Source of the DNA: Octopus vulgaris
Taxonomy: Eukaryota
DNA: 64,000 nt
Reading direction: 5' to 3'
Assembly: GCA_951406725.2 (NCBI GenBank)
Contig: OX597837.1
Location: forward strand, 35,340,001-35,404,000
Each line of letters starts with the position of its first letter. Position 1 is the stretch's first letter. The position numbers and the translations under genes are program-made. Under the pieces are notes generated by a model. That model was not told the origin of the DNA and searched no databases. It saw nothing but the letters and a program-made list of their open reading frames with translations. Shown piece after piece: positions 1 through 16,607 of the stretch.

Positions 1-210
1 TGCAGGTTATCTCCATTAAAATTATATTTAGCATTAGAATTCTTCAAGTTGTATAAAAATGGTTATTGTCGGCATCATTCGAAAGCGAAATAAATTTTGC
101 ATAAGGTGTAAAAGATAAAAATAATTTGTATGGTGTTAGTAACAAAATATTTTGTAAGAAATAGAACTTTTATCGTCTGTCTTAAATATATTTTCGCCAG
201 TGTATATATC

Positions 211-2788
211 TCAGGTCATCCCATAAGTTCTGTCTGAATTTTGGATAAAGAATACAAGTGATCAAATGTTATATTTAATCATCAATGTACTTTCCCTAAT
301 TATCTATGACTTACTTCCATCTATTTACAAGCTTTTTAATCCCGTCAATGTAAAACTCTTTTGGTTTCAAAGCGAAGAACTCTGAAATGTCAGGTTCGAC
401 CTCCCCCTGGCTTGCGAAAGTTGTATCCCCCTACTAATTCTGTAAACTATGAAACAAATGGTATCCTGAAGGAGTAAGGTCGGGAGAATAAGTTGGATGA
501 AGAAATTTTTTCAAACCGACCCCTTCGATCTTCTGTGATGTGATCTTTGCAATGTGGGGTTGCGCATTGTCCTGATGAAACATCACTCGTTTTCGACTCA
601 CTAAAGCGGCTCTTTTTTCCTTCAAAGCTTGGTTCAAATGCTCTAATTGCTGACAGTAGACTTGAGCATTGATTGTTGCATTAGGTGGTAACAATATAAA
701 GTGAATTACGCCTTTGCAATCGCACCAGATAGAGAGAACCTTTTTCCCATGAAGTTCCCTTCTCGGTTGTGGTTGAGAATTTTCCCTCTTACCAAGCCAC
801 TGTTTACGACGTCTAACATTTCGATAGAAAATCCATTTTTCATCACAAGTCTATCGAAAAAGGGTGAAATGAGTTTGCGAGAATGGAGAGAAGAGCAGAT
901 GCCAACTCGGGATTTGCGGTTGCTTTCAGACAATACATAAGGCACCTATTTTCCAAGTTTAGGAATCTTTCCACGTTGTTGAAGATGACGATGAACTGTT
1001 GTATGGTTTGAAGTAAGCTTTATTGCCAATTCTTCAACTGATAATGACGGATTTTCTTCAAGTAATGCCTCAAGGAGCTTGTCAAACTCAACTGGACATC
1101 CTGTTCGATATTCATCTTCAATTTTGCAGACGATCTCCTGCAAGTTCTTTCATTCGAGCACTTTGCCATAAACTGAGTGTATGTTTCGAGTCACTTCGGC
1201 AGCAGAGTTACCTTTATTGTACTCATAAAGAATTATATGTGCCTTAAATGCTCCTTGGATACTTTCATGTTGAAAGGGTTTTAATCAAAGCAATTTTAGG
1301 GTGTCCACGAAGTCTGGGTTTATAGAATAAAATCATAACATAAACAAATAAATATAAGAAATAATAATTTTCCTTTTTTACTTTTGTTTAAATTAAATAA
1401 AAAAAAAATACTTTACTTTTCTAAATTTATTTGTTATTTTTTCTACAGATGATCGAATGATGGCTCTGTCTAAAGAAGAAAGAATCCCAGATCGAATGAT
1501 GAATCTGTCTAAAGAAGAAAGAATCGAGTTAGTATTATTAAGTGGACGAGAGGGATGGTCTTATCGCAAAATTGCGGAAGAATTCAATCTTCCACACCCT
1601 TGTAGGCAACCTATTTATTTTACTGCCGTCAGGAAATTGATCAAGAAATTTAAAGAAACAGGCAGTGTTTCGAATAAACCCCGTTCCGGGCGACCAAAGA
1701 CTTCAGATGAAACTAAAGAGGCTGTCGAGGCTAAAGTTTCTGCTAGCTAGCCCCCCCCCCAAATCACTTCGTCGGACATCTACGGTGTTAGGTGTTCCAA
1801 AACCAACCATCCACAAAATGCTGGTTGAGGAAAAGTTTCATCGATACAACCTACAGATATTGCATCACTTAAATGAAGACGATCCTGATAGACGAATGTA
1901 GACGTGCGAATGGTTTTCAGATAAATTGGATGAAAATATCAATTTTACGAAAAACTTTGTGTTGTTCAGTGACAAAGCTACGTTTTATGTAAATGGTGAG
2001 GTCAACAGACAGAATCTTCTATACTGGTCTCGAGGTAATCCACATTGGATGGATCTATCCAGACAGCAAAAAGGTGATGGTGTGGTGTGGTTTTTGGAAA
2101 GATCATGTTCTAGGACCCTTCTTCATTGAACATGTAACGGATGAGACTTATGCAAATATATTGAGAGACAAATTAATATCTTAAATTGAGCGCCTAGGCG
2201 AGGGCCTTCCGAATTGGTTTCAGCAGGATGGGGCCCCTACCCATTTTGCCACAACTGTTAGAGATTGATTTAATGACACTTTTCCTCCTCACTAGATTGG
2301 AAGAAGGTGTCATATGGAATGGTCCCCTCGTTCACCAGACCTTTCTCCCCTTGATTTCTTTTTCTGGGGTATGTTGAAAGAGAAAGTTTACTCAATAAAG
2401 ATTACAGATTTAAAACACATGAGAGAACACATTACCAGTCAGTGTGCTGAAATTGATGGCAATGTAGACTTATTTAATCAAGTTCACCTGAATTTTGCAA
2501 GGCGCATCAAGTTATGCATTGAAAATGATGGAAATCACTTTGAAAATATTATTTATTAACATTATAATTAAATAAAATTGTTTTCTTTTAAAAGTATGTG
2601 TTAATCCCCATGTACGCAGACTTTGTGGACACCGTCTATTATTTTGTAAAACAATATTGAATTAGTTTAAACGTACACAAATGCATAAAAATAATTTTTA
2701 ATTGAATTAGACATTTGCAAATACTATTAAATTTCATTCAAATCTAAAAAAAAAGGTAAAATTGGACAGAACTGACTGGATGACTTGA
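211..2788 (-). mobile_element. Degenerate mariner (DD34D-type) transposon, interrupted by a nested DD41D element
   Basis: Imperfect TIRs: CAGGTCATCCCATAAGTTCTGTC at ~212 and GACAGAACTGACTGGATGACTTG at ~2766. Broken transposase runs from ATG ~1268 with HTH, FHQDNAQPH and HPTYSPDLTPSGYHLF. Confidence 0.85.
1298..2638 (+). mobile_element. Tc1/mariner DD41D (rosa/Visitor-type) transposon, pseudogenised
   Basis: TIRs GGTGTCCACGAAGTCTG / CAGACTTTGTGGACACC. Fragments RSGRP, FSDKATF, WFQQDGAPTH and WSPRSPDLSPLDFFFWG. I counted 41 residues between the 2nd and 3rd Asp. Several stops and frameshifts. Confidence 0.88.
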
Positions 2789-3407
2789 TATATATAATCT
2801 ATGATATTCTAGTAAGTTTGAAGTTTATAACACCTTGATATCTCATTTTATATGCCTAAGACGTTTATTTTCTATTCTGGTTTTTATATATTTCTATACA
2901 TTATATTTATATCTATAATTTATTTTAAGCCGAAACATAATACGACCCTTGTACGAACGAAAGAACAAGAATGTCCTCTGGAACGTTTATCTTCCGGCAT
3001 TTGTAATCGATGGTGACATGTGCGATGATTTTGCGACTATCTTATATTTTACAGAGAAATTGGAAGCCCCGAATGTAAGTCAGCGCTTTATGCATAATTC
3101 AATATTCATAGTTCCCTATTTCTAACAGAAATTCTGTCCTCAATAACTATAGATCTATTTCTAAATGTATTTCTTTTCGTTCATGCATTCCCGCCTGTCT
3201 CTTGACAAAGCTTTCTTTCTCCAGCGTTCACCACGTCACCCCGTTAGGGTTAAACAACCCTTACCGAAAATTTTTACTGTCCTGATTTTGTTAGCAGCTT
3301 TGACGTTCCACATATCTCAAATTTTTATCTAATTTGCTTCGGAAGAGCAGTTGCTTGGACGAAGACACATCTTGTTGCAACGCGGAGTAAGTGAAACTGC
3401 CTACAAC

Positions 3408-3507
3408 NNNNNNNNNNNNNNNNNNNNNNNNNNNNNNNNNNNNNNNNNNNNNNNNNNNNNNNNNNNNNNNNNNNNNNNNNNNNNNNNNNNNNNNNNNNNN
3501 NNNNNNN
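3408..3507. other. Assembly gap (100 N)
   Basis: Run of N. Confidence 1.
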
Positions 3508-6720
<3,213 letters not shown>

Positions 6721-6960
6721 AGGTACGCAGATGTTGTGCGCGCCACAAACAGCCAACATGATGTTGTCGAAAGAGCAGCTGCTGAGCAACAATCTGTTTT
6801 GTGCATGGCACAAAAGATCGTACAGCAGCTGACCTGGCTTCATCAAACCCAAGCCCGCAGGTGGGACTACCCACTATATACCAGACCACCACAGCAAACA
6901 GACACAGGATTGACACCGCCGGCAACAACAACGTACACCTCACCTCGATACTCCTACTGA
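6721..6960 (+). CDS. Probable C-terminal fragment of LINE ORF1, overlapping ORF2
   Basis: Open from the truncation point (RYADVVRA...) to TGA at 6960. The YADVV motif and low-complexity tail are typical of ORF1 ends. Confidence 0.5.
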   Translation, partial: RYADVVRATNSQHDVVERAAAEQQSVLCMAQKIVQQLTWLHQTQARRWDYPLYTRPPQQTDTGLTPPATTTYTSPRYSY

Positions 6961-9905
6961 ACATCAGAGGACTGCAAACACTCAGTAACAGGACAAAGAT
7001 CCCGTTCCTGAGAGACTTTGTTGCATGCAAGCAAGCCTTATGCATAGCACTTACAGAAACGCACCTGAAACCAGACATAGCAGATGCGGAGTTACACATA
7101 CCACAGTATGCTGTACTACGGACCGACAGGAAAGAAAGGAGTCATGGAGGTGTTGCTATGTACATCCGTGAGGACCTCACACCCCAGGTCCTCTTGTCAT
7201 ACTCAAACTCGGTGTGTGACACACTAATTGTACATATTAGGCAACTTGATGTAGTTGTGTGTGCTACATATCGCCCTCCAGATGCCCCAAGCCATGTGGG
7301 CAAGTTCGAAGACTGCCTTATAAAAATAGAAGAAATTCTAACCACATTAGAACAACACATAGGTGTGCTTCTTATGGGAGACTTCAATCTGCCCAATGTC
7401 AGATGGCCCGAGGGCCTTTCTCTCCCAGGAATGACAAGATGTGAACGAGGACAGGCGAGGTCCCTCCTGAACCTCATCAACACCCTGTACATGGAGCAGG
7501 TAATACTCCAACCAACCAGGGCAGGTAACACACTGGATCTCTGCTTCACAAATGACATGGATCTCATCCATAATGTGAAAGTGACACCGACACTACTCTC
7601 GGATCACAACATGGTAGAGCTGACCATGTACGGGCCAAAAGAGAGCACGGACATGCAGCCTACAAGAAACCCTCAAAATCTTTCCAGCTTGAACTACCAT
7701 AAGGCAAACTGGAAACAAATTGAGAAAGAGATCCTCAAACAAAACTGGCCTGAATGTCTCTCCTCGCCAGACATCGACGTGAAACTTCAACAATTCATGT
7801 CTGTAATGCAAGCCATATGCTACAAATGTGTCCCAGAGAGAAAGGCCACTGTACACAAGAACAAAATCCCCAGAGAGAGGAAAATTTTAATGAGACGGCG
7901 TACGAAATTTTCAAATCGCCTAAACAAACAGATTGAAAGCAGTGAAAAGTCCCGCCTAAAAATAAAACTGTTGGAAATCGAAAAATGTCTGCAACTCTCC
8001 CATGAAAAAGAAAGAGCAGACAAAGAAGCCTGGGCTATAGAAAACATAAAATCTAACCCCAGAGCTTTCTACAGGTATGCCAAAGAAACAGCTACAGTGC
8101 ACTGTAGAATAGGGCCACTCCTCGAAAAGGATGGCACACTTACAGGAAAACCAATGAGGGTAAGTGAAATACTGAATGAGCAATTCAAGAGTGTTTTCAC
8201 TCCACCCCTTGGGCATCTCCAAATCACCAATCCAACTGACTTTTTTACCACTGCAGATATAAAATCAGAGGCGACGATAGATTACATCGATATAAAGGAA
8301 GACGATGTAACCAAGGCTATAGATGAAATGAAAACAGACTCAGCTACTGGCCCCGATGGATTCCCGGCAATCCTCCTAAAAGCATGTAAGAGAGTCCTAG
8401 CAAGACCACTGCAGTTCCTCTTTCAGAGCTTCCTTGCAGCTGGCAAACTTCCAGGAAAACTGAAGGAAGGTAAAATATGCCCCATTCATAAAGGAGGTAG
8501 CAGAGCGGAAGCCAAGAACTATAGACCTATCTCTCTGACCTCACACATCAGCAAGGTCATGGAACGAATAGTCAGAAGGAAGCTGATCACCTTCCTTGAA
8601 GAGAATGACTTGCTGCCTGACACCCAACATGGTTTCCGACCAGGGAGAAGCTGTTTAACTCAGCTCCTACAACACTATGACTGGGTGCTGAAACGGCTGC
8701 TCAACCACTCAAATGTGGAAGTGATATATCTCGACTTTGCAAAGGCCTTTGATAAAGTCGATCATGGAATGATATGTCACAAACTGCGTGATCTCAACAT
8801 AGTTGGAAAACTGGGAGAATGGCTTCATGACTTTCTGAAGGATAGAAGTCAGGTGGTAGTAGCCAATGGGGCCACCTCCATTAACACACAAATAGTGAGC
8901 GGTGTTCCGCAGGGCACTGTTCTGGGACCACTACTGTTCATAATGGCCCTCTCAGACATGCCCTCAGCCACGCAGAGAGCCACGATCACAAGTTATGCAG
9001 ATGATACAAAAGTCTCACAGTCAATACAGAACCCTGAGGACACTAAACACCTGCAATGTGAGCTGGACGAAATATACAAGTGGGCTGAAAAGAATAGCAT
9101 GCAGTTCAATGCTGGAAAGTTTCAAGCTTTATACTATCAGCATGCAAAACTGAATGCAATACCCAATGAATACACTGGACCCGGAGGGATTGCAATCCCA
9201 GAGGCACAATCAGTGCGTGACCTGGGTATTCACATGAGTGATGACGCGACCTTTCATGTACATGTTGCTAAACTGACAATGAAATGTAGACGGCTGGCTG
9301 GATGGATTCTTAGAACCTTTAGAACAAGAGAACAAGAAACCATGATGGTCCTCTGGAAGACACTTGTCCTAAGCCACTTTGACTATTGCTCTCAGCTATG
9401 GTCACCATCCAGTGTCAAGTTGATCACAGAACTTGAGGCGATCCAACGAAGCTACACAAAGAAGATAGCCTCTATGCAGAATGTAAGCTACTGGGAAAGA
9501 CTCAAGAGATTAAAATTATATTCCCTGGAGCGTAGGCGGGAAAGATATGCCATAATATACATCTGGAAGATCCTGGAGGGAAGTGTCCTGAACTTTGGCA
9601 TCGAGAGTTACGCAAATGCCAGAACTGGGCGCCACTGCGTGGTGCCTAGGACTCCAAACCTGCCATCAAGATGTAGGACAAGATACTGTGATAGCCTGGG
9701 CTTCCGAGGCCCACAGCTCTTCAATATCCTCCCGAAGAACCTGAGAGACCTGCATGGGGTGAATACAGATGTCTTTAAAATGAAGCTGGATCTCTTCCTG
9801 TCAGGTGTCCCAGATGAACCAACTTCACGGCAGGAGGGGCAGATGAGGGCAGCTGCATCGAACTCTCTCATGCACCAAATAGCAGCTGCTAGAAAGCCTC
9901 CATGA
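6801..9905 (+). CDS. LINE ORF2: AP-endonuclease + reverse transcriptase, uninterrupted
   Basis: EN motifs LNIRGL, LTETHL, YRPP, MGDFN, TLDL and SDH. RT motifs [37 protein letters not shown] and YADD. The 6801 start is a GTG. Confidence 0.95.
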   Translation: MHGTKDRTAADLASSNPSPQVGLPTIYQTTTANRHRIDTAGNNNVHLTSILLLNIRGLQTLSNRTKIPFLRDFVACKQALCIALTETHLKPDIADAELHIPQYAVLRTDRKERSHGGVAMYIREDLTPQVLLSYSNSVCDTLIVHIRQLDVVVCATYRPPDAPSHVGKFEDCLIKIEEILTTLEQHIGVLLMGDFNLPNVRWPEGLSLPGMTRCERGQARSLLNLINTLYMEQVILQPTRAGNTLDLCFTNDMDLIHNVKVTPTLLSDHNMVELTMYGPKESTDMQPTRNPQNLSSLNYHKANWKQIEKEILKQNWPECLSSPDIDVKLQQFMSVMQAICYKCVPERKATVHKNKIPRERKILMRRRTKFSNRLNKQIESSEKSRLKIKLLEIEKCLQLSHEKERADKEAWAIENIKSNPRAFYRYAKETATVHCRIGPLLEKDGTLTGKPMRVSEILNEQFKSVFTPPLGHLQITNPTDFFTTADIKSEATIDYIDIKEDDVTKAIDEMKTDSATGPDGFPAILLKACKRVLARPLQFLFQSFLAAGKLPGKLKEGKICPIHKGGSRAEAKNYRPISLTSHISKVMERIVRRKLITFLEENDLLPDTQHGFRPGRSCLTQLLQHYDWVLKRLLNHSNVEVIYLDFAKAFDKVDHGMICHKLRDLNIVGKLGEWLHDFLKDRSQVVVANGATSINTQIVSGVPQGTVLGPLLFIMALSDMPSATQRATITSYADDTKVSQSIQNPEDTKHLQCELDEIYKWAEKNSMQFNAGKFQALYYQHAKLNAIPNEYTGPGGIAIPEAQSVRDLGIHMSDDATFHVHVAKLTMKCRRLAGWILRTFRTREQETMMVLWKTLVLSHFDYCSQLWSPSSVKLITELEAIQRSYTKKIASMQNVSYWERLKRLKLYSLERRRERYAIIYIWKILEGSVLNFGIESYANARTGRHCVVPRTPNLPSRCRTRYCDSLGFRGPQLFNILPKNLRDLHGVNTDVFKMKLDLFLSGVPDEPTSRQEGQMRAAASNSLMHQIAAARKPP

Positions 9906-9998
9906 AGTGAAACCAAGTAGCAACACAAAATGGCGGTGCCCCAGCATGGCCACAGCTCATAAGCTGAAACTAGAATCAATCAATCAATCAATCAATCA

Positions 9999-10556
<558 letters not shown>

Positions 10557-12466
10557 ACTCTTTTACTCTTTTACTTGTTTCAGCCATCCGGCTGAGGCCA
10601 TGCTGGGGCACCGCCCTTGTTGCTACCCTCTCTAAGTCCAGTTTGCCGTGGCTGGCCACTGATCTAAGAGAGAGTTTGTAGCTGCTGCCCTTAGTTTACC
10701 TTCGTATCTTGCAGTGGGTTCATCTGGGATCCCGGAAAGCAGCTTGTCTAGATGTTTTTTGAAAATGTCCACATCCGCATCATGTAGATCTCTTAGTTTT
10801 CTTGGCAGTTTGTTGAAAAGCTGAGGGCCCCTGAACCCCAGGCTATTACAGTATCTGCTCCTTACCCTGGATGTGGAAGACGGGACCTTTGGCACCACAC
10901 AGTGACGTCCTGTACGGGGATTGGAACAGCTCTCAATTCCAAAATTTGGTGCTAGTCCCTCCAGGATTTTCCATATGTATATCACTGCATATCTCTCTCG
11001 TCTTCGTTCCAAGGAGTACAAATTGAGTTCCCTAAGCCTCTCCCAATAGTTCTTTTCTTTCATGGTGGAAATCCTCTTGGTGAAATGTCTTTGGATTGTC
11101 TCAAGCTCTGTGGTTAGTTTGACACTATGCGGTGACCACAGTTGGGAGCAGTAGTCCAGGCGGCTTAGGACAAATGTCCTCCATAGTGTCAACATGGTCT
11201 CGCAGTCTCTTGTCCGGAATGTCCTCAGGATCCAGCCAGTGAGTCGTCTGCACATTGTCGCCACCTTCGCGATGTGTGAAGAAAAAGATGCATCGTCACT
11301 CATGTCTATCCCCAGGTCCCGTATTGATTTCGATACTGGGATTTCGATCCCTCCTGGACCAGTATAGTTGTGTTGTAATGTATATGTGTTTACAGCTTGA
11401 TATTGTAAGGCTTGAAATTTACCAGCATTAAATTGCATGTTGTTGTCTTCAGCCCATTTGTATATGGCATCCAGATCTTGTTGTAAAAGGTCAGCATCAG
11501 CTGGGTTTTTGATTGCCTGTGCTACCTTTGTGTCATCAGCATAGCTAGTGAGGGATGTTGTTTGTGCTACCAAGGGCATGTCAGAGAGCGCCACCAAAAA
11601 CAGCAAGGGTCCCAAGACTGTGCCCTGTGGCACCCCGCTTGCTATTGGTGTCTTTCCCGAGAGGGCTCCATTGGCTGCAACCATCTGGCTTCTGTCCTTC
11701 AGGAAGTCATGTATCCACTCACCTACTTTTCCTGTTATGCCGAGTCTGAGTAATTTGTGACATATCACTCCGTGGTCGACTTTGTCAAAGGCCTTCGCAA
11801 AGTCGAGATATACCACATCCACCTGTGAGCGATCCAGTAGTTGTTTCAGTACCCAGTCGTAGTGTTGTAACAGCTGCGTAAGGCAGCTTCTTCCTGGGCG
11901 AAAGCCATGCTGTGTGTCAGTGAGACGGTTAGTTTCTTCGAGGAACGTGATCAGTTTTTTTCTGATGATTCGTTCCATGACCTTACTTATGTGTGACGTC
12001 AGGGAGACTGGCCTGTAGTTTTTGGCCTCTGCTCTACTCCCTCCTTTGTGGATAGGGCATATGGTGCCTTCTTTTAGCGCCCTGGGCAGTTTACCGTTAG
12101 CCAAGGAACCACTGAAGAGCTTCTTCAGTGGTCCCGCTAGGGCATGCCTGCATGTTTTTAGGAGGACTGCTGGGAATCCATCTGGTCCAGCAGCTGAGTT
12201 TATTCTCATTTCTTCTATGGCAGATATTACATCCCTCTCTGTTATGTCTATGTGGTCGATGGTTGTTGTTTGGTTTTGGAGTGTTGTGGCATCAAAGAAA
12301 ACTTCTGGGTTTGTGATTTGCATGTGCCCCAGAGGGGATGTGAACACACTTTTATACTGTTCCTTTAGTATTTCACTTATCCCTTGGGGGTCCTCAGTTA
12401 GAGAGCCCTTTTTATCAAAGAGTGGGCCAATCTTGCAGTGTACCGAGGTGGTTTCTTTCGCAAATT
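10557..12466 (-). mobile_element. Second CR1-group LINE of a related but distinct family, 5'-truncated (RT + C-terminus), with a (GTAAAAGA)n tail
   Basis: Open frame from ~12464 (FAKETTSVHCKIGPL) to stop 10632, collinear with ORF2 of the first [19 protein letters not shown] and YADD are intact; there is no EN domain. Confidence 0.93.
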
Positions 12467-12554
12467 TAAATATATATAAATATATATAAATTTATATATA
12501 TATATATATATATACAAATTATATATATATATATATATACAAATTATATATATA

Positions 12555-13808
12555 TATAGGCGTAAAATGCCATGCAGGAAACCTTCTTGTCAAGAAGTGT
12601 GAGAATTGTGGGATCAACCTTTTGAATTTCTAAGTGGCATCCATCCTCTCCATGAGGAAAAAGGAGAGAGTACTGCAAGCAATCGTAGCATCGGTGTAAT
12701 TCTGAAACAAAAGTCACGTCTTCGTCGCGGTGACGGAGGATTATGTTACGATTTCCATGGACCTCATCGACCATGAGAGCTGCAACTTCATTCGTAGTTG
12801 GAGCGTTGAAACGACCAGGGTGCTCACCGGCAGGAGTTTTGTCGGCATGTATCACCAATTTTAAATGAGGTTGAGAATCCAACGTATCCATTGCATTTTT
12901 GAACTCACGAACATAAGGATGAGCCTGGTGGAGCATCATCTGAAGTACTTCAATAACACGCTGCTCAAGTTTTGGATTATTTTTTTTCCTGATAGCAAGT
13001 TCTTCATCGTGACCATATACAAAGAAAACTTGCATGAATGTAGGCTCTTTACCAGGCATCGGCCGAAGACTTCCCATTTGATGGTAGCACTGTCCATGAA
13101 TTTTGTATGTGTAAAAATGTTCATACTTCTCTGAATGATAATTAGGCTTTGTAGAATGTCTGTCGACATGGGGGTTTTCGAGTACTGTTTTCGCAACAGC
13201 TCTTGAAGGTCCAGGGACATTGAGGTTTTCCATTATTGTTGTTGTAACAGTCCATGAAGGTCCGGGGACACTGAGATTTTCAGTTGTTGTCGAAGCAACA
13301 GTTGAAGGTCGTGGCATATTTTGTTTTTTGTTTTTTTATTTAAACCTGGTATGCTCGTTGTTCGAAAGCATGTCATTGAGAAGCACGAATTAAACCTATG
13401 AATTCTTTCACGAAAATGCTTTGCACTGTCAGATGGACTTGTAAGCAATTCTAGAAGAACCTGAGGTGGATCAGGTAATGGTGGGAGTCGGACTTTTCCT
13501 TGAGAGCAGCAAAGACCGGGAACATCGAAATCCCACTTTTTGGCCCCACAGGAGGAACAAATTTTGTCCATCTTTCCGATGGTCACTTTGTTGTTGGCAT
13601 ACTTTTTAGCAGGATCGTAGGTGAAGGCGGCCCTGTACCAGAACTCGTCCCTCTTTGCAGCCTTGTTTTGCTTGAGTTTTCGTCGTGCTATAGACCGTGT
13701 AACTTGTGTCTGTTCTGCTGTCTGATTGCGGTTTCTTTGTTGTGCTTGAATGCGGTCAGTAGCGAGACGTGCCTCCCTTTCATCATGTGTGTCAGCAAGT
13801 CTCGCCAT
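12555..13808 (-). pseudogene. Truncated Helitron RepHel coding sequence in two segments (13808-13346 and 13130-12555) separated by a putative intron
   Basis: The ORFs 13233..13808 and 12544..13317 join in frame across GT(13345)..AG(13131). Confidence 0.7.
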
Positions 13809-14166
13809 TCGGAGGACGGGAAAATGAAATATTTTGCAATGTAAACATGATTTGTTTTAAGAGAAAGATTGTCATGATTGTGTGTTGGTGGTGGTGGTGG
13901 TGGTGGCGATGATAATTATCATTAGGAAAAAGAGTGAGTGAGTGAGGAAGACATATACATAAGTTGTGGCGATGATAATTCTAGACCCCTTTTCACATTT
14001 TGATGAAGAGAACCCGATTTCATTCGGGTCTACTGGGGCCACATATAGGTGTGTGTGTATGTGCATGCTGTAGAAATTAAATTAGAGATAAAACCACTAA
14101 TAGGCAAATGAAACAGTAAAAAACCAAAAACAAAAACATAAAAATAAAAATATAATATTAGATATA

Positions 14167-14208
<42 letters not shown>

Positions 14209-14614
14209 TGTTGACATGTAGACAATAGAATGCGATGGCGATGGAATATTTGTTTCTGTCTATGAACGCAGACAGATACATGAGTAAAATGTATGGGAAG
14301 CTAAGAGATAGAGTGAGTGAAAATGTTCTTGGAAGAGAGGAAATAGCGAGAGAGTGATTTGAGGAAGACTTTACATTAAATAACGGGAGTGGACTTGTCA
14401 AATGAAGGGGAGTGAGAGGGTGAATGGAGGAAATAGCGTGAGTGAGGAAGATGGCCCATAGCAGCCACACCTTTTAAGCTATGGATTTCTAAGGTAGCCC
14501 ACGGGCATCGTCACCTCATTCTACATGTCCCTGTAAATTTTGGAGCGAATCGGACGGGACGTAGTGGCATTGAAAGCGAACCAAGCGGTAAAAACGCATT
14601 TCAGTTTTATATAT

Positions 14615-14617
<3 letters not shown>
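12555..14617 (-). mobile_element. Helitron, 5' part (3'-truncated at a TA array)
   Basis: 5' terminus A|TCTATATATAAAACTGAAATG at 14617. RepHel N-terminal motifs C..CGAKKW..CCSQGKVRLP, FNSCFSMT, YKIHGQCYH, EHPGRFNAPTTNEVA and YDCLQYSLLFPHGEDG. It ends before the HUH Rep motifs. Confidence 0.85.
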
Positions 14618-14645
<28 letters not shown>

Positions 14646-14814
14646 ACATAAGGGGCATCAGCCATCTGAATGTGGCTAGGGACAGGGCGGGGTGGTGGGG
14701 ATGTTACTGATGCATTTAGCCCCAGGCGATCATCGACGTCACCAGGAGGGCTGACACCATCTCGGTGTCCTCTAGCCTGCAAAGGGAGATCATTCCCCGA
14801 AGATACGGATACTA

Positions 14815-14858
14815 CATACGGACCAGGTTTCGAGGTAATTGCCTCTTATCAACGCATG
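14815..14858 (-). ncRNA. Minimal type I hammerhead ribozyme motif (U3-A8 variant), copy 1
   Basis: The minus strand reads CATGCG-TTGATAA-GAGG-CAATTA-CCTC-GAAA-CCTG-GTC-CGTATG: stem I, core, stem II, GAAA and a GUC cleavage triplet. Confidence 0.7.
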
Positions 14859-15278
14859 GTAAGCACCGTTCTCCGACGAATGACTCTATATAAAGCTGAA
14901 GTTGTCTGGATATATGTATGTATGTATGTGTGTGTGTGTGTATACGTATGTATGTGTAGAGACCTCTTTTGGCCCCACCTGAGTTTTGAAACTGAATGGG
15001 TAAATTTCCCCTAACTATAGAGCCTTATTGTTCTGTTGAGGAACAATGTTGTTTTATTCAACCGATGGCCTTGCCAACATTTCATTGATGTATTTTCCTC
15101 TTGACCCATAACCCTTCTAGGTTGTAAAGGGTTTAAATAAATAATATAAGGGATCTTTACCCTTTGAACGGCAGATCGAGTAATAAATTTTTTGTAACTA
15201 AACACTTTCAACCTTCGGACACTAACCCTAACCCTAACCCTAATGTGTCATATAAAACATATTTTACTTTTAATGTTA

Positions 15279-15462
15279 CTCTTGACCACGGCCATGCTGG
15301 AGCATCGCCTTCAATCGAGCAACTAGACCCCGGGACTTATTCTTTTTGTAAGCCCAGTACTTATTCTATCGGTCTCTTTTGCCGAACCGTTAAGTAACGG
15401 GGACATAAATACACCAGCATCGGTTGTCAAGCAATGCTAGGGGGACAAACACAGACACACAA

Positions 15463-15500
<38 letters not shown>

Positions 15501-15626
15501 GACGGGCTTCTTTCAGTTTCCGTCTACCAAATCCACTCACAAGGCTTTGGTTGGCCCGAGGTTATAGTAGAAGACACTTGCCCAAGGTGCCAGACAGTGG
15601 GACTGAACCCGGAATCAGCCACTCCA
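15279..15626 (-). mobile_element. SINE family A (tRNA-like head, internal (TA)(TG) tract, LINE-derived tail), partial copy
   Basis: Matches the copies at 22556, 23297, 43982 and 55301. Confidence 0.85.
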
Positions 15627-16092
15627 ATATTTTAACATCTGGCCTGTAAAATTTAATATTCCTCTAAATATTTTATAAGCCATCATACTATTTTTATCTT
15701 AGAAAAACAATGACCGAAGGAGTGAGAAGATTAGATTATTCATGAAGCGTCTTCATAAAAACAAAAACAGAGAACTCCTTTGGCATCTTAAATAAATACA
15801 ATATAAATTCCAATAAAAGTAAAAAGACCGGTTTTCTTTGACCAACTTTACTGACGTCAGCATTTGAATGGATTGCTACAGGGGTGTTTACAACTCTGTT
15901 TTATTACGATTAACTCATTTTATTGGGCCCTGAAAGATAAGACAAAAACCAGCCGAGCAGGATTTGAAATGATTATTGTAAAATAATGCAAATGTCGGCT
16001 TACCTATACATGTGTGCCCCTACCCGACCGACTTTGTTGCCTCACAACTTCCAGAAAAATGTAAATTTTTTTAATGAAATTTTTTTAAAATA

Positions 16093-16607
16093 CCGTTAAT
16101 CCTCGAGTATAGTCTGCCCTTGAGTATAATACGCAGGGGATTTTTAGGGGGCTGTACCTCTGGAAAACCTAAACCTTGTGTATAATACGCACCCCTTCTC
16201 TAACTTCAGTCAAGGAGGTCTGTATAACGTCCTTGGTTTCTAAAAATGTATACGGTAACGTCCTTTATTATTATTATTGTATATATAACATAATGCAAAC
16301 ATGTAGCTTTTTTGTGCATTTTGTTTGCAGAAAATAAAGAAATAACAGTAATAACGTTTAATAAATGTTGCTTATTGCAAGTTATGGATGATTCTTTTAT
16401 GACTTCATTGCTTTCAGGCTAAGCTTAAGGTATTTTCGAGCCCGACATCACAAAATGCCTCTGAATAAACATTGCCTGACAGCAAATAGAGACTCAAACA
16501 TTGCTTAGAAAATAATTTTAATTTTTAACCTCATATATAGTACGCACTAGGGATTTTGACCTTTAAATTTTGGGAAAATAATGCGGATTATACTTGAGGA
16601 TTTACGG
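16093..16607. mobile_element. Non-autonomous Tc1/mariner-superfamily MITE (Tc2/pogo-like)
   Basis: TA-flanked TIRs CCGTTAATCCTCGAGTATA / TATACTTGAGGATTTACGG. Confidence 0.8.

Larger units (their letters stand above)
6721..9998 (+). mobile_element. CR1-group non-LTR retrotransposon (LINE), 5'-truncated within ORF1, with an (ATCA)n tail
   Basis: ORF1 remnant, intact ORF2, ~70-nt 3' UTR and (AATC)n tail at ~9974-9998, flanked by TA arrays. The clade call rests on the C-terminal [14 protein letters not shown] motif and is approximate. Confidence 0.9.
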
